DNA from: Mytilus californianus
Lineage: Eukaryota
Reading direction: 5' to 3'
NCBI RefSeq assembly: GCF_021869535.1
Contig: NW_026262701.1
Coordinates: 101,060,001 to 101,124,000 of the forward strand
Length of the DNA: 64,000 bases
This document shows, piece by piece, positions 63,963 through 64,000 of the stretch. A model generated the notes under the pieces. The model made no database searches. It was not told the DNA's origin and worked only from the letters and a program-made list of their open reading frames with translations. The stretch's first letter is position 1. Every line of letters starts with the position of its first letter. Made by a program: the position numbers and the translations under genes.

Positions 63963-64000
63963 ATTTTTTCTAGTCTGTTCTATTACAGCTAATAATGCAT
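63963..64000 (-). CDS. NUP93: NUP93 coding exon 1 in window (5' truncated by window edge), ALLAVIEQTRKN
   Basis: Manual translation resembles human NUP93 ALLSAIEESRKR as I recall it; followed by GTAAGT donor, phase 0. Confidence 0.9.

Overview
AT-rich eukaryotic genomic DNA with GT-AG introns. The repeat families look like those of a bivalve mollusc, probably Mytilus (my recognition, not a database result). I see no rRNA, real tRNA or CRISPR, and most ORFs in the track are spurious. The backbone is NUP93 on the minus strand: 21 coding exons traced by hand from 64000 (5' end lies beyond the window) to the stop at 24901. All splice phases are consistent, giving about 716 aa. Its 10.9-kb intron (36967-47880) carries two antisense genes, a ninjurin-like gene with a long charged insert and an intronless B-box/NHL-propeller gene. 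The most unusual pattern is that three NUP93 exons have tandem copies of their own 3' end plus splice donor running into the next intron (24-, 40- and 91-nt units), and the B-box gene has its stop-codon region repeated the same way. The rest is dense in mobile DNA: Helentron-like non-autonomous elements with internal tandem arrays, tRNA-derived SINEs, a 5'-truncated CR1/L2-type LINE, a decayed Penelope-like RT, and TIR elements with TTAA, 8-bp and 5-bp target duplications. A possible small spliced minus-strand transcript lies at about 8.9-9.4 kb.
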